64,000 nucleotides of DNA. Source: Candidatus Limnocylindria bacterium. Lineage in GTDB: Bacteria > Chloroflexota > Limnocylindria > QHBO01. Below the pieces are notes generated by a model. That model ran no database searches. It was given only the letters and a program-made list of their open reading frames with translations, and had not been told where the DNA came from. The translations under genes and the position numbers were made by a program. Below, piece by piece: positions 51,374 through 60,541 of the stretch. The stretch spans positions 1,545 through 65,544 of the forward strand of contig DASVEQ010000072.1 of assembly GCA_036380455.1 (NCBI GenBank), written 5' to 3'. Position 1 is the stretch's first letter, and each line of letters opens with the position of its first letter.

Positions 51374-54300
51374 CTACCGCTCGGTCAGCGCCTCCCGGAC
51401 GATGCGCGCCTGCTCGACCTGGTGAGCGGCCGGGTAGCCCTCGGCCGGGCGCGAACGCTCGGGGCGACTGATGTCGCCGAGCGGGATCTTGTACGGCACC
51501 AGGTGCCGAATGCGGGGCAGGACGAACTTCCGCGCTCCCATGTTCCGCGGCTCCTCCTGGACCCAGGCGAAGGAGACGATCTTCGGATAGCGGTCGAGGA
51601 CCTCCTGGAGCTCCTCGGTCGGGAACGGGTAGAGGCGCTCGACCCGCACGACGGCGACGTCGGTCGCCGCCTCGAAGTGCTCGGAGCCGACCAGGTCGTA
51701 GTAGACCTTGCCACTGCACAGCACAATTCGCCGCACCTTCGTGGCGGCCCTGGCATCGGTCTCGAAGCGGGGGTCGTCGATCACCGAGCGGAACGCGCCG
51801 CTCGCGAGCTCGGACGGCCGCGAGGCGGCCTGCGGGAGGCGGAGGAGGGACTTCGGCGTCATCACCACCAGCGGCCGCTCGTCGTGGTGGCGGGCCTGGC
51901 GGCGGAGGAGGTGGAAGTACTGCGCAGGCGTCGTCGGATAGACCACCCGGATGTTCCCCTCGGCGCCGAGCGCCAGGAACCGCTCGAGCCGAGCGGAGGA
52001 GTGCTCGGGCCCCGATCCCTCGTAGCCATGCGGCAGCAGCAGCGTCAGGCGGGAGGTCTGCCGCCACTTCGCCAGCCCGGCGATGATGAACTGGTCGATG
52101 ATGATCTCCGCGCCGTTCACGAAGTCGCCGTACTGCGCTTCCCACAGCACGAGCGCCTCCCGCGCGGTGACCGCATAGCCGTACTCGAAGCCGAGCGCGG
52201 CGTACTCCGACAGCGGCGAGTTGTGGACCTCGAAGCTCGCCGTCGTGCCTGGCAGGTGCTGGAGCGGGACGTGGCGCTCGCCGTTGGCGGCGTCCCACAG
52301 GGCGGCGTGCCGCTGGCTGAACGTGCCGCGCGCCGTGTCCTGGCCGGTCAGGCGGACCGGCGTGCCATCGGCGAGCAGCGACGCGAAGGCGAGCAGCTCG
52401 GCGTGGCCCCAGTCGACGCGCGGCTCGTCGTCGTCCAGTGCCACCGCCCGGCGCTCGAGCTGCTTCACGAGCTTCGGATGCACGGCGAACCGCTCGGGCA
52501 CCTCGCCCATCCTGGCGTTCAGCTCCCGCAGCCGATCCAGGGAAACCGCCGTCTCCGGCTCGCCCATCTCCTCCTGGGGAATCGCCTCGGATCCACGGTC
52601 GAGCTCGCCCTCCGGCTCGTCCTTCCGCTTGCGGAGGCCGGCCTGCACCGCGGCAAGCTCCCGGAGCGCTTCCTTGACCTTCGCCTCGGCCTCGTCGGCT
52701 GCGATGACGCCGGCCTCGACAAGCAGCGCCTGGTAGAGCTCGCGGACGCTTCGGTGCTCGGCGATCGACGCGTACATCGCCGGCTGCGTGTAGGCCGGCT
52801 CGTCCCCCTCGTTGTGCCCGAAGCGCCGATAGCCGACGAGGTCGATCACGACGTCGTGGCCGAACTTCTCGCGGTACATCATCGCCAGCCGGGCGGCGGC
52901 CAGGCAGGCCTCGGGATCGTCGGCGTTGACGTGGATGATCGGCGCGTCGAAGCCCTTGGCAAGGTCGGAGCTGTAGTCGGTCGAGCGTCCCTCGCGCGGC
53001 CCGGTCGTGAATCCGACCTGGTTGTTGGCGATGAGATGGACCGTGCCGCCGGTCGCGTAGCCGTCGAGCCGCGCGAGATTCAGGGTCTCCGCCACCACGC
53101 CCTGTGCCGCGAAGGCGGCGTCGCCGTGGATGAGCACCGGGAGGGCGGTGGTCGGGTCGACGGTCGCGACGGCGCTCGACCGATCGGTCTGGTCGGCCCG
53201 GGTGCGGCCCTCGATGACCGGGTTCACCGCCTCGAGATGGCTCGGGTTCGGCGACAGGACGACGTGGACGACCTCGTCGTCCGCGGCCAGGAACCCGCCC
53301 TCCGCGCCCAGGTGGTACTTCACGTCGTCCGACCCGCCCTTCGGCGAGGTCGGTGCCTCGACGCCGGCCCGCCCGGCCTCGAATTCGGCCAGGATCGCCT
53401 CGTGAGAGACGCCGACGACGTGGGCGAGCACGTTGAGCCGGCCGCGGTGCGCCATGCCGATGAGGATCTTCCGCGCGCCCTGATCGGCGGCGTCCGAGAG
53501 GATCACGTCGAGCATCGGCACCATCGTGTCGAGGCCCTCGATGCTGAACCGCTTCTGGCCCAGGTAGGCGCGGTGGAGGAAGCGCTCGAGCGACTCGACA
53601 CCGATGAGCCGCTCCAGGAGCGCGACCTGGTCCTCGGGCTCCATCGTGCGCCGATGCTCGCCGGCCTCGATCACCTGCCGGAGCCAGACCCGCTCCTCGT
53701 GGGAGCCGATGTGCTCGACCTCGTAGGCGATCGTGCCGCTGTATGTCTCCTGGAGGTGGGGAAGCGCCTCCGCCAGCGTCGCCCCGGGGACGTAGATCCG
53801 CAGCAGCTCGGCGGGCACCTGCGCCATCAGCTCCGGCGTCAGCCCCAGCGGTCCCGGGTCGAGGGCCGGGTCGCCGGGTGGCTCCGCCCCCAGCGGGTCG
53901 AGATGGGCGGCCATGTGGCCGAAGTTGCGATACGCCTTCACCAGCGCCATGCCGGCCGCGACGGCCTTCAGCCGTTCGGCGCTGGCCACGGCCTCCCCGG
54001 CAGCGGCTGGTGCGCCGGCCGCCTCGGCGGCGGACGGCATCGGCTCCGCGGTCGTCACGTCCGCCGCGCGAGCGCCCATGGCCGCGAACGCATCGGCGTA
54101 GAAGCCGTCCTCGCCGGACAGCAGGCGCTCGATGCGCTGGAGGAAGAGCCCCGACTCGGCGCCCTGGATGATCCGGTGATCGTAGGTCGAGGAGATCGTC
54201 ATGCGGCGGTCGCCTCCCACGTCGCGGATCGTGCCGGTGGCCACGATCGTGCCCTGGTTCGGCATCAGCCGCGGCACGCTGGCGGTCGTTCCCAGGGTCC

Positions 54301-55027
54301 CCGGGTTGGTGAGCGTGATCGTGGCGCCGGCGAAGTCGTCAGGCGCGGCCTTGCCGGTGCGCACCTTCTCCACCAGCTCCTCGTAGCGTGTGTGGAAGGC
54401 CGCGAAGTCCATGCCATCGGCCGCCTTGATCACCGGGACCAGCAGGAAGCGGGTGCCGTCCCTGCGCTCGACGTCCACCGCCAGGCCGAGGTTGATCGCT
54501 CCGGGGTCCATCCGGTACGGCTGCCCATCGAGCTCGGTGTAGGCGTGGCTCATCGACCGGTGTTCGTCCGCGGCCTGCACGATCGCCCAGCCGATCAGGT
54601 GGGTGAAGCTCACCTTGCGCGGCGCGATCTGGCCGTTCAGCTCCTTCCGGCGCGCCTCGAGGGTGCCCACCTCGATCTCCCGGAAGCTGGTGGCGGTCGG
54701 GACCGCCAGGCTGGCCGTCATGTTCTGTGCGAGCCGAGCCGCGGGCCCCTTGATCGGCGTGGCGCCGTCCGGCACCTCGGCCTGCGCAGCGGGGCTCGCC
54801 GGCGCAGCGTCCGGCGCGGGTGCCTCCGCCTGGCTGCTGCCATTCCCGGCCGGCGGCGGCGCCAAGGCCGTCCGAGGCGCCGGCTCGAAGCCCCCGGCGC
54901 CGGAGTCGAACAGCGAGCGCCACTCCGGGTCGACGCTGGAGGGGTCCGCCCGGTACCGGTCGTACAGGTCGGCGACGTACCCGGCGTTGACCAGGTTCAG
55001 CGCGTCGGTGGGGTCGTTCGAGGGCAT
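51374..55027 (-). CDS. kgd: multifunctional 2-oxoglutarate dehydrogenase E1 with fused N-terminal E2-like acyltransferase domain (mycobacterial Kgd/corynebacterial OdhA type)
   Basis: The 1217-aa product has an N-terminal E2 catalytic motif (DHRIIQGAESGLFL) and Ala/Pro linkers. The C-terminus is a ThDP-dependent E1 (SucA) region. Confidence 0.9.
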   Translation of the reverse strand: MPSNDPTDALNLVNAGYVADLYDRYRADPSSVDPEWRSLFDSGAGGFEPAPRTALAPPPAGNGSSQAEAPAPDAAPASPAAQAEVPDGATPIKGPAARLAQNMTASLAVPTATSFREIEVGTLEARRKELNGQIAPRKVSFTHLIGWAIVQAADEHRSMSHAYTELDGQPYRMDPGAINLGLAVDVERRDGTRFLLVPVIKAADGMDFAAFHTRYEELVEKVRTGKAAPDDFAGATITLTNPGTLGTTASVPRLMPNQGTIVATGTIRDVGGDRRMTISSTYDHRIIQGAESGLFLQRIERLLSGEDGFYADAFAAMGARAADVTTAEPMPSAAEAAGAPAAAGEAVASAERLKAVAAGMALVKAYRNFGHMAAHLDPLGAEPPGDPALDPGPLGLTPELMAQVPAELLRIYVPGATLAEALPHLQETYSGTIAYEVEHIGSHEERVWLRQVIEAGEHRRTMEPEDQVALLERLIGVESLERFLHRAYLGQKRFSIEGLDTMVPMLDVILSDAADQGARKILIGMAHRGRLNVLAHVVGVSHEAILAEFEAGRAGVEAPTSPKGGSDDVKYHLGAEGGFLAADDEVVHVVLSPNPSHLEAVNPVIEGRTRADQTDRSSAVATVDPTTALPVLIHGDAAFAAQGVVAETLNLARLDGYATGGTVHLIANNQVGFTTGPREGRSTDYSSDLAKGFDAPIIHVNADDPEACLAAARLAMMYREKFGHDVVIDLVGYRRFGHNEGDEPAYTQPAMYASIAEHRSVRELYQALLVEAGVIAADEAEAKVKEALRELAAVQAGLRKRKDEPEGELDRGSEAIPQEEMGEPETAVSLDRLRELNARMGEVPERFAVHPKLVKQLERRAVALDDDEPRVDWGHAELLAFASLLADGTPVRLTGQDTARGTFSQRHAALWDAANGERHVPLQHLPGTTASFEVHNSPLSEYAALGFEYGYAVTAREALVLWEAQYGDFVNGAEIIIDQFIIAGLAKWRQTSRLTLLLPHGYEGSGPEHSSARLERFLALGAEGNIRVVYPTTPAQYFHLLRRQARHHDERPLVVMTPKSLLRLPQAASRPSELASGAFRSVIDDPRFETDARAATKVRRIVLCSGKVYYDLVGSEHFEAATDVAVVRVERLYPFPTEELQEVLDRYPKIVSFAWVQEEPRNMGARKFVLPRIRHLVPYKIPLGDISRPERSRPAEGYPAAHQVEQARIVREALTER

Positions 55028-55279
55028 GTCGCATCAAGGATACGGCCGCCGTCTGGCGGACGTCGGCAAGGGGTGGACGCCTGACGGGCCTCGATCAGCT
55101 GGACTGCCCGCTTCGGCCGCTTGTGGCCGGAGCAAACAACGACCCACCTGGCATCGCCGCAGCGGGATTCGTGGTCGCGTCTTGTGCGGGCGACAAACCA
55201 CGACCAGATTGACGTCGAACTTGTTCGTTGTTTGCCGATGAGGCAATCCCGATGGCCGACGGATGCCGCCAGCTCTCCG

Positions 55280-55852
55280 CTATGACGCCTCTGGCTCGCC
55301 GCGCTGCAGCATCCCGCGGACGAGGATCACGACGCCGATGCCGATGACGAGCGCCGGCAGGACCCACTCCGGCAGGGGAAGGCGCTGGCCGCTGATGCCG
55401 ATGACGCCCTCGAAGAACAGGTAGCCCACGGCGAAGAACCCGAGGCCGCCGAGCATCCCCCACGTCCCGTTCCGCACGTCGCGCGCGTTCCCACTGCGAA
55501 TGCCCCAGATCGCCAGGCCGAGCCCGCTGGCGGCGGGCCCGACCAGGGCCCACGCGTACGCCCAGCTCTCCCAATGGCCCGTCTGGTTCTGGTACAGCAG
55601 GACCAGCCCCACCGTGGTCACCACCGCGCCGCCGACGACCATCCCACTCTCGCCGGCCACGACCAGGCCGATGAGGAGCAGCGCCACGCCGATGGCGACG
55701 ATGATCAGCGGCCACCCGAGGTCGCCGATCCCGAAGTCGAGCACCTGCCCCGCCAGCAGGATGCCGCCGATGATGACGAGGATGGCGCCGACGGCCACGC
55801 CAGGTGGCCCGGAGGAGGTCGCGGAACGCTCGGGAGCTGACGGTTCGTTCAT
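55280..55852 (-). CDS. hypothetical membrane protein
   Basis: The product is 190 aa with 5-6 TM helices. The start was trimmed to the Met preceding the first TM. Confidence 0.45.
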   Translation of the reverse strand: MNEPSAPERSATSSGPPGVAVGAILVIIGGILLAGQVLDFGIGDLGWPLIIVAIGVALLLIGLVVAGESGMVVGGAVVTTVGLVLLYQNQTGHWESWAYAWALVGPAASGLGLAIWGIRSGNARDVRNGTWGMLGGLGFFAVGYLFFEGVIGISGQRLPLPEWVLPALVIGIGVVILVRGMLQRGEPEAS

Positions 55853-55892
55853 GCGTCGATCGTACGCTCGGCGGACAAGTGCCACTCGTACC

Positions 55893-56651
55893 ATGTCGAA
55901 TGGCATGGACCTCAACGCCGACCTCGGAGAGAGCTTCGGTCGCTGGACGCTCGGCGATGACGAGCGCCTCGTCGCCCACCTGAGCAGCGCCAATCTCGCC
56001 TGCGGCTTCCACGCGGGCGATTTTCTCGTCATGGAGACCACCGTCGCCCTCTGTCGCCGCGCGGGCGTCGCGGTCGGCGCGCAGCCCGGCTACCCGGATC
56101 TGCTCGGCTTCGGACGCAGGCCGATGCCGTTCGCGCCCGACGAGGTCGAGTCGCTGGTGCGCTACCAGATCGGCGCGCTGGAGGCGTTCTGCCGATCGGC
56201 CGGCGTGGAGATGCAGCACGTGAAGCCCCACGGGGCGCTCTACAACCAGGCGGCGGTCGATCCCGCGCTGGCCGCCGCGGTCGCGCGGGCAACGGCGGGG
56301 TTCAGCCGGGACCTGCTCCTCTACGGCCTCGCCTCGTCGGACGCCATGGCCGGCGCGGCCGCCGACGCCGGACTGCGATTCGTTCCCGAGGCATTCGCGG
56401 ATCGGCGCTACCTGCCCAACGGCAGGCTCCAGCCGCGCACAGATTCCGGCTCGGTGGTGACCGATGCGGCCACGGCGGCCGCGCAGGCCGTCGCCATCGT
56501 GGCCGGTGGGGTGACCGCGGTCGATGGCTCGTCGGTCGAGCTGCGTGCGGAGAGCATCTGCTGCCACGGCGACACACCGGGCGCGGTCGAGATCGCCGCC
56601 GCTGTCCGTCGGGGCCTGGAGGACGCCGGCGTCGCGATCGGACCACCATGA
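55893..56651 (+). CDS. pxpA: 5-oxoprolinase subunit A (LamB/YcsF family)
   Basis: The N-terminal DLNADLGESFG signature is present. Confidence 0.8.
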   Translation: MSNGMDLNADLGESFGRWTLGDDERLVAHLSSANLACGFHAGDFLVMETTVALCRRAGVAVGAQPGYPDLLGFGRRPMPFAPDEVESLVRYQIGALEAFCRSAGVEMQHVKPHGALYNQAAVDPALAAAVARATAGFSRDLLLYGLASSDAMAGAAADAGLRFVPEAFADRRYLPNGRLQPRTDSGSVVTDAATAAAQAVAIVAGGVTAVDGSSVELRAESICCHGDTPGAVEIAAAVRRGLEDAGVAIGPP

Positions 56652-57298
56652 GCCGCGTCCGCCCGTTCGGCGAAGGGGCATTCCTCGTCGGCGTCGACGG
56701 GCCGGAGGCGGCCCAGGGGCTGCGGCGCGCGCTCGTGGCCGAGCCGATCGACGGCGTGATCGGCCTCGTCCCGGGTCGTTACTCGCTGCTCGTGGAGTTC
56801 GATGCGCTCATTGCCGATGCGACGGCGCTCGAGGCCGAGCTGGCGTCCCGGTCCCCGATGCCCGACGCGGCGTCTCGGCTGCGGCGCATCCCGGTGGTGT
56901 ACGACGGGCCTGACCTCGCCGACGTGGCCGCCCTGGTGGGCCTCTCGGAGGCCGAGCTGATCGAGGCGCACGCGACGGGGGAGCACCGGGTCCTGTTCGT
57001 CGGGTTCGCGCCTGGATTCGCGTACATCGGCGGCCTGCCGGAGGGTTGGCGCATCCCGCGCCTGGCGACGCCGCGCACGCGGACGGCGGCCGGGTCGGTC
57101 GCAGTGGCCGACGGGATGACGGGGATCTATCCCGCCGACCTGCCGGGCGGCTGGCGGGTCATCGGTCGGACGCCCGTGACCCTGTTCGACCCCCGCCGCA
57201 CTCCGCCGGTCCACCTCGAGGCCGGCGACCAGGTGCGGTTTCGCCCGATCTCCCCGGAGGATTGGGAGCGGTGGACCGGGCCGGGCGCCGAGTGGTGA
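56648..57298 (+). CDS. pxpB: 5-oxoprolinase subunit B (KipI/allophanate hydrolase subunit 1 family)
   Basis: Cyclophilin-like KipI conservation is present (YSLLVEFD...HRVLFVGFAPGFAYIGGL). It is coupled to pxpA by a 4-nt overlap. Confidence 0.8.
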   Translation: MSRVRPFGEGAFLVGVDGPEAAQGLRRALVAEPIDGVIGLVPGRYSLLVEFDALIADATALEAELASRSPMPDAASRLRRIPVVYDGPDLADVAALVGLSEAELIEAHATGEHRVLFVGFAPGFAYIGGLPEGWRIPRLATPRTRTAAGSVAVADGMTGIYPADLPGGWRVIGRTPVTLFDPRRTPPVHLEAGDQVRFRPISPEDWERWTGPGAEW

Positions 57299-58230
57299 CG
57301 ATCGAGGTCGTCGAGCGGGGCATCCTGACGACGATCCAGGACGCCTTCGGGCGACGGAGCTGGCGCCACGCGGGCGTGCCCGTGGGCGGCGCGGCGGATG
57401 CGTGGAGCGCCCGGCTCGCGAACCGGCTTGTGGGCAACAACGACAATGCCGCGCTCCTGGAGCTCACCCTCGCCGGGCCGACGCTCAGGTTCACCGAGCC
57501 CGCGGTCGTGGCACTGGTCGGCGAGATGACCGCCTCGATCGATGGTCTGCCGTTCCCGCCCGGCGCTGCTCGGGCGGTGCGCGCCGGAGGGCTCCTGCGC
57601 ATCGGGGAGGGACGGGACGCGCGAGCGTACCTGGCGATCGGTGGCGGGCTCCACGTCGAGCCGCTGCTGGGCTCGGTGGCGACTGACCTGCGGAGTGGCT
57701 TCGGCGGTCTCGACGGTCGCGCGCTGCGGGCCGGGGATCGGCTGGCGGCTCGTGCGTCGGCCGGCGCTCCGGCTCGATGGATCGGTGTCCGTGACGACGG
57801 TCCGATCCGCATCGTCGACGGTCCGCATCCGAGCTCCGCGGTTCCGCTGACCGAGCGCCCGTGGCGCGTCGGCGAAGAGGCCGACCGGGCCGGCGTCCGC
57901 CTCGACGGACCGCGCATCCGAGGCACTGACTCCGAGGTTCCCTCCATGGGCCTGCCGCTCGGCGCGATCCAGGTGCCGCCCGACGGTCGCCCGATCATCA
58001 TGCTCGCCGATCGCCCAGTCACCGGCGGCTACCCCGTGCCGGCCGTCGTCATCGGCGCCGATATCGGTCGCGTGGCGCGGCTGCGGCCGGGCGACGAGCT
58101 GCGGTTCGCATCGGTCTCGACGGAGACGGCGCGGAGCGCATTGCGCCGGGCAGAGGACGAGCTCGCCGCCCTCGAGATGCTCGATGCACCTGTGGACGAC
58201 GAGCTCGGTTGGGCCGGCTCGCACCGGTAG
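57295..58230 (+). CDS. pxpC: 5-oxoprolinase subunit C (KipA/allophanate hydrolase subunit 2 family)
   Basis: A GTG start overlaps the pxpB stop. The N-terminus is GILTTIQDAFGRRSWRHAGVPVGGAAD. Confidence 0.8.
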   Translation: MTIEVVERGILTTIQDAFGRRSWRHAGVPVGGAADAWSARLANRLVGNNDNAALLELTLAGPTLRFTEPAVVALVGEMTASIDGLPFPPGAARAVRAGGLLRIGEGRDARAYLAIGGGLHVEPLLGSVATDLRSGFGGLDGRALRAGDRLAARASAGAPARWIGVRDDGPIRIVDGPHPSSAVPLTERPWRVGEEADRAGVRLDGPRIRGTDSEVPSMGLPLGAIQVPPDGRPIIMLADRPVTGGYPVPAVVIGADIGRVARLRPGDELRFASVSTETARSALRRAEDELAALEMLDAPVDDELGWAGSHR

Positions 58231-58231
58231 G

Positions 58232-58540
58232 TCAGGCGGGGGCGCTTGCGTCCTCGCCCTTCGGTCGGAAGATGAGCTGCGGTGTGCCGTTCGCCTGGGT
58301 CACGTCGATGGCGGCATCCTCGAGGGGAGCCGCGAGCTCCTGGGCGACGAAGACCTTCATCCCCTCCTGCTCGGCGACCTGGTCGCCGGAAGCGGGCTGG
58401 TCGGTGAATCCGAGGCCGATGGTGACCTCGCCCGGCTGGTTCGTCTCCGGGAACACGCGCAGGCCGTAATCCTCGGGGACATCCTGGCCCTGGCGGAGCT
58501 CTGTGAGCAGCGCCGCGGCGCCACGGGTGATCTCGAGCAC
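58232..58540 (-). CDS. IscA/HesB-like fold protein lacking the conserved Fe-S ligand cysteines
   Basis: It has a GTG start 5 nt after a perfect AAGGAG. The 102-aa product aligns by eye along the IscA length (LEIT..AAA...GLRV...EVTIGLGF......MKVFVA), but contains no Cys. Confidence 0.45.
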   Translation of the reverse strand: MLEITRGAAALLTELRQGQDVPEDYGLRVFPETNQPGEVTIGLGFTDQPASGDQVAEQEGMKVFVAQELAAPLEDAAIDVTQANGTPQLIFRPKGEDASAPA

Positions 58541-58599
58541 GATCTCTCCTTGGAATGGATGGACTCCCGGTCGGGGCCGCAAGACCGATACCACCCTTG

Positions 58600-58710
58600 C
58601 CGCGCATCGCCCACCCGGCCCCGTGGCGCCTGAACGCTGGGGGCAGTCACCGCCCACCGCCGGACCCGGCCCCGTGGCGCCTGAACGCTGGGGGCAGTGG
58701 CCGCGGGATG
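58600..58710. repeat. two tandem copies of a 51-bp repeat, related to the 59.5-kb array but in reverse orientation
   Basis: The repeat reads GGCCCCGTGGCGCCTGAACGCTGGGGGCAGTSRCCGC... x2. The reverse complement is about 80% identical to the TGATCGCCCCCGGCAGTCAGGCGCCCCGGCCGG core. Confidence 0.5.
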
Positions 58711-58755
58711 GGTCGTCTTCGTGGCGCCTCCATCGCGGCCGCGGCCAAGTCGCCC

Positions 58756-59496
58756 TCAGACCGTCAGTTGCCGCGGACCGGGCTGGCGCGCTTCCCGTTG
58801 CTTGACCTGGAGCTCGCCGGGCCTGACCCAAAGGATTCCGTCTCCTCCGATCGGAGTGCCGGATCGCAGCGATGCCCAGATGCGGCGGGAAGATACCGGC
58901 AGCGTCTGCTCGAGGATCAGGTCTAACCCGCCCAATGCTCGGCGCGTACCCGCAGTGTCCACGAGGGCGATGATCAGGTTCACTGGACGACCGAGGCGCT
59001 CGGCGAGCGCCAGTCGCTTGAGCTGGAGTGGGCGGTACTGCGACTGATGGTCGATCCATCCGCGTTCGACCTCGATCATGTCAACTTCCTCGGGCACCTG
59101 GCTGACGAGGTCGGCTGCTCGAAGGTCGGGAGGAGTTCCGATCGGCATCTCGATCGTGTGTTTCCATCGCGGGTGGCACTCGGCAATGATCGACTGCACG
59201 ATTGCGAGCTGACCGGAGTCTCTGAGGGAAACGCCATTGCCAGGGATCACCCGGACGACGAGCCGACCGCCGGCGGCTTCGGCGACGGTCGCGAGCGTCT
59301 CGAGGCTCGCGTTTCCCACTCCCCGCTCGATCTCCGACTCGTACGCCTGCGAAACCCCGGTCCTGATCCCGATCGCACGTTGCGTCTGTCCCGATGAAAC
59401 GCGAAGGATCCTCAAGTCTCGCCCGATCCATCGCCGCAGAGCCGAGGCTCGCATGGCGCCGAGTTCCTTCGGTCTCCGTCTGTGTCCACCCATCAC
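58756..59496 (-). CDS. XRE-family HTH transcriptional regulator with C-terminal domain of unknown function
   Basis: The HTH is GQTQRAIGIRTGVSQAYESEIERG. An extension of about 170 aa follows. The true start may be the internal Met at 59454. Confidence 0.65.
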   Translation of the reverse strand: MMGGHRRRPKELGAMRASALRRWIGRDLRILRVSSGQTQRAIGIRTGVSQAYESEIERGVGNASLETLATVAEAAGGRLVVRVIPGNGVSLRDSGQLAIVQSIIAECHPRWKHTIEMPIGTPPDLRAADLVSQVPEEVDMIEVERGWIDHQSQYRPLQLKRLALAERLGRPVNLIIALVDTAGTRRALGGLDLILEQTLPVSSRRIWASLRSGTPIGGDGILWVRPGELQVKQREARQPGPRQLTV

Positions 59497-59537
59497 CCCA
59501 TTGTGGCTGGACTTGATTACTGGCCGGCTTCTGTGGG

Positions 59538-59760
59538 CTTATCGCCCGTCCACGGTTTGATCGCCCCCAGCAGTCAGGCGCCCCGGCCGGAGCCCATGCC
59601 GTCGTCCTTGATCGCCCCCGGCAGTCAGGCGCCCCGGCCGGAGCCCATGCCGTCGCCCTTGATCGCCCCCGGCAGTCTGGCGCCCCGGCCGGAGCCCTTG
59701 CCGTCGCCCTTGATCGCCTCCAGCAGTCAGGCGCCCCGGCGCTGGGGCCTCTGGTAGCCT
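59538..59760. repeat. tandem array of about 4 copies of a 51-bp repeat (TGATCGCCCCCGGCAGTCAGGCGCCCCGGCCGGAGCCCATGCCGTCGCCCT)
   Basis: The near-identical direct repeats were read directly in the sequence. The family is also present at 13289 and, inverted, at 58600. Confidence 0.7.
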
Positions 59761-59767
59761 CGAGCCG

Positions 59768-60535
59768 ATGACCGATCCCGGTGAGCTGACCCCTGGACGA
59801 CCGCCACCCGATCGTCCGATGCAGACTCCGGATCCGTCGACTCCCGATGACCCTGACCTGACGCGGTCGGAGCGCTTCCGCCTCGTCACGGAGATCGAGG
59901 CGATGCTCGATGGACCGACCACCTACCTCGCCCTCATGTTTGCCGCCCTGCTTGTCGCCGAGATCGCCCTCACCGCGCAGAACATGGCGGTCCCCGCGGT
60001 GCTGGGCTGGATCCAGCTGGCCATCTGGGCGGTGTTCGTCGTCCACTTCCTGCTTGGCATCACCATCAGCCCGGACCGCGGAGGGTACCTGCGACGCAAC
60101 TGGCTGACGGCGCTCTCCCTGATCGTGCCGTTCCTGCGGGCCTTCCGCGTCCTGCGCGCGATCCGCGTCCTGCGGGCCACCAACTCGCTGCGCGTCCTTG
60201 CCGGTTTCAACCGGACGGCGCGCAGCCTGCGCGGGGCGTTCGCGTGGTCACGCGCCGGCTACGCCGGGGCGCTGTCGCTGACCGCTGCCTTCCTGGGCGC
60301 CGCGATGCTGCTGATGTTCGAGGCCGATGCGCCGAACTCGCAGATCACCGACTACGCCGAGGCGCTCTGGTGGGCATCGGCGACGCTGACCACCGTCGGT
60401 GCCTCGTCGGAGCCGGTGACGCTGGGGGGCCGGATCGTCGCACTGCTCATCATGCTCGGCGGCCTGGTGCTGCTCGGCTACGTGGCCGGTGTGCTGGCCG
60501 CGGTCCTGTTCGGAAAGCGCCCAGAGGGCCGCTAG
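59768..60535 (+). CDS. voltage-sensor-containing ion transport (cation channel) protein
   Basis: An S4-like helix has Arg at every third position (RAFRVLRAIRVLRATNSLRVL). A pore helix plus a filter-like TLTTVGASSE follows, then an S6 helix. The product is 255 aa. Confidence 0.7.
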   Translation: MTDPGELTPGRPPPDRPMQTPDPSTPDDPDLTRSERFRLVTEIEAMLDGPTTYLALMFAALLVAEIALTAQNMAVPAVLGWIQLAIWAVFVVHFLLGITISPDRGGYLRRNWLTALSLIVPFLRAFRVLRAIRVLRATNSLRVLAGFNRTARSLRGAFAWSRAGYAGALSLTAAFLGAAMLLMFEADAPNSQITDYAEALWWASATLTTVGASSEPVTLGGRIVALLIMLGGLVLLGYVAGVLAAVLFGKRPEGR

Positions 60536-60541
60536 GCCTGC

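Noticed and set aside
58357-58650. 97-aa ORF on minus strand overlapping the IscA-like gene
   Set aside because: It is an alternate frame of the better-supported AAGGAG-initiated gene. The product is Ser/Arg/Pro-rich junk.
59482-59757. ORF encoding a 17-aa repeat protein (LIAPGSQAPRPEPMPSP)
   Set aside because: It is just the translation of the 51-bp DNA repeat. The same repeat occurs inverted and in clearly non-coding contexts. No RBS is present, and it overlaps the XRE promoter region.
59538-59760. Possible CRISPR array
   Set aside because: The repeats are 51 bp, directly abutting with no unique spacers, and no cas genes are nearby. This is a simple tandem repeat.
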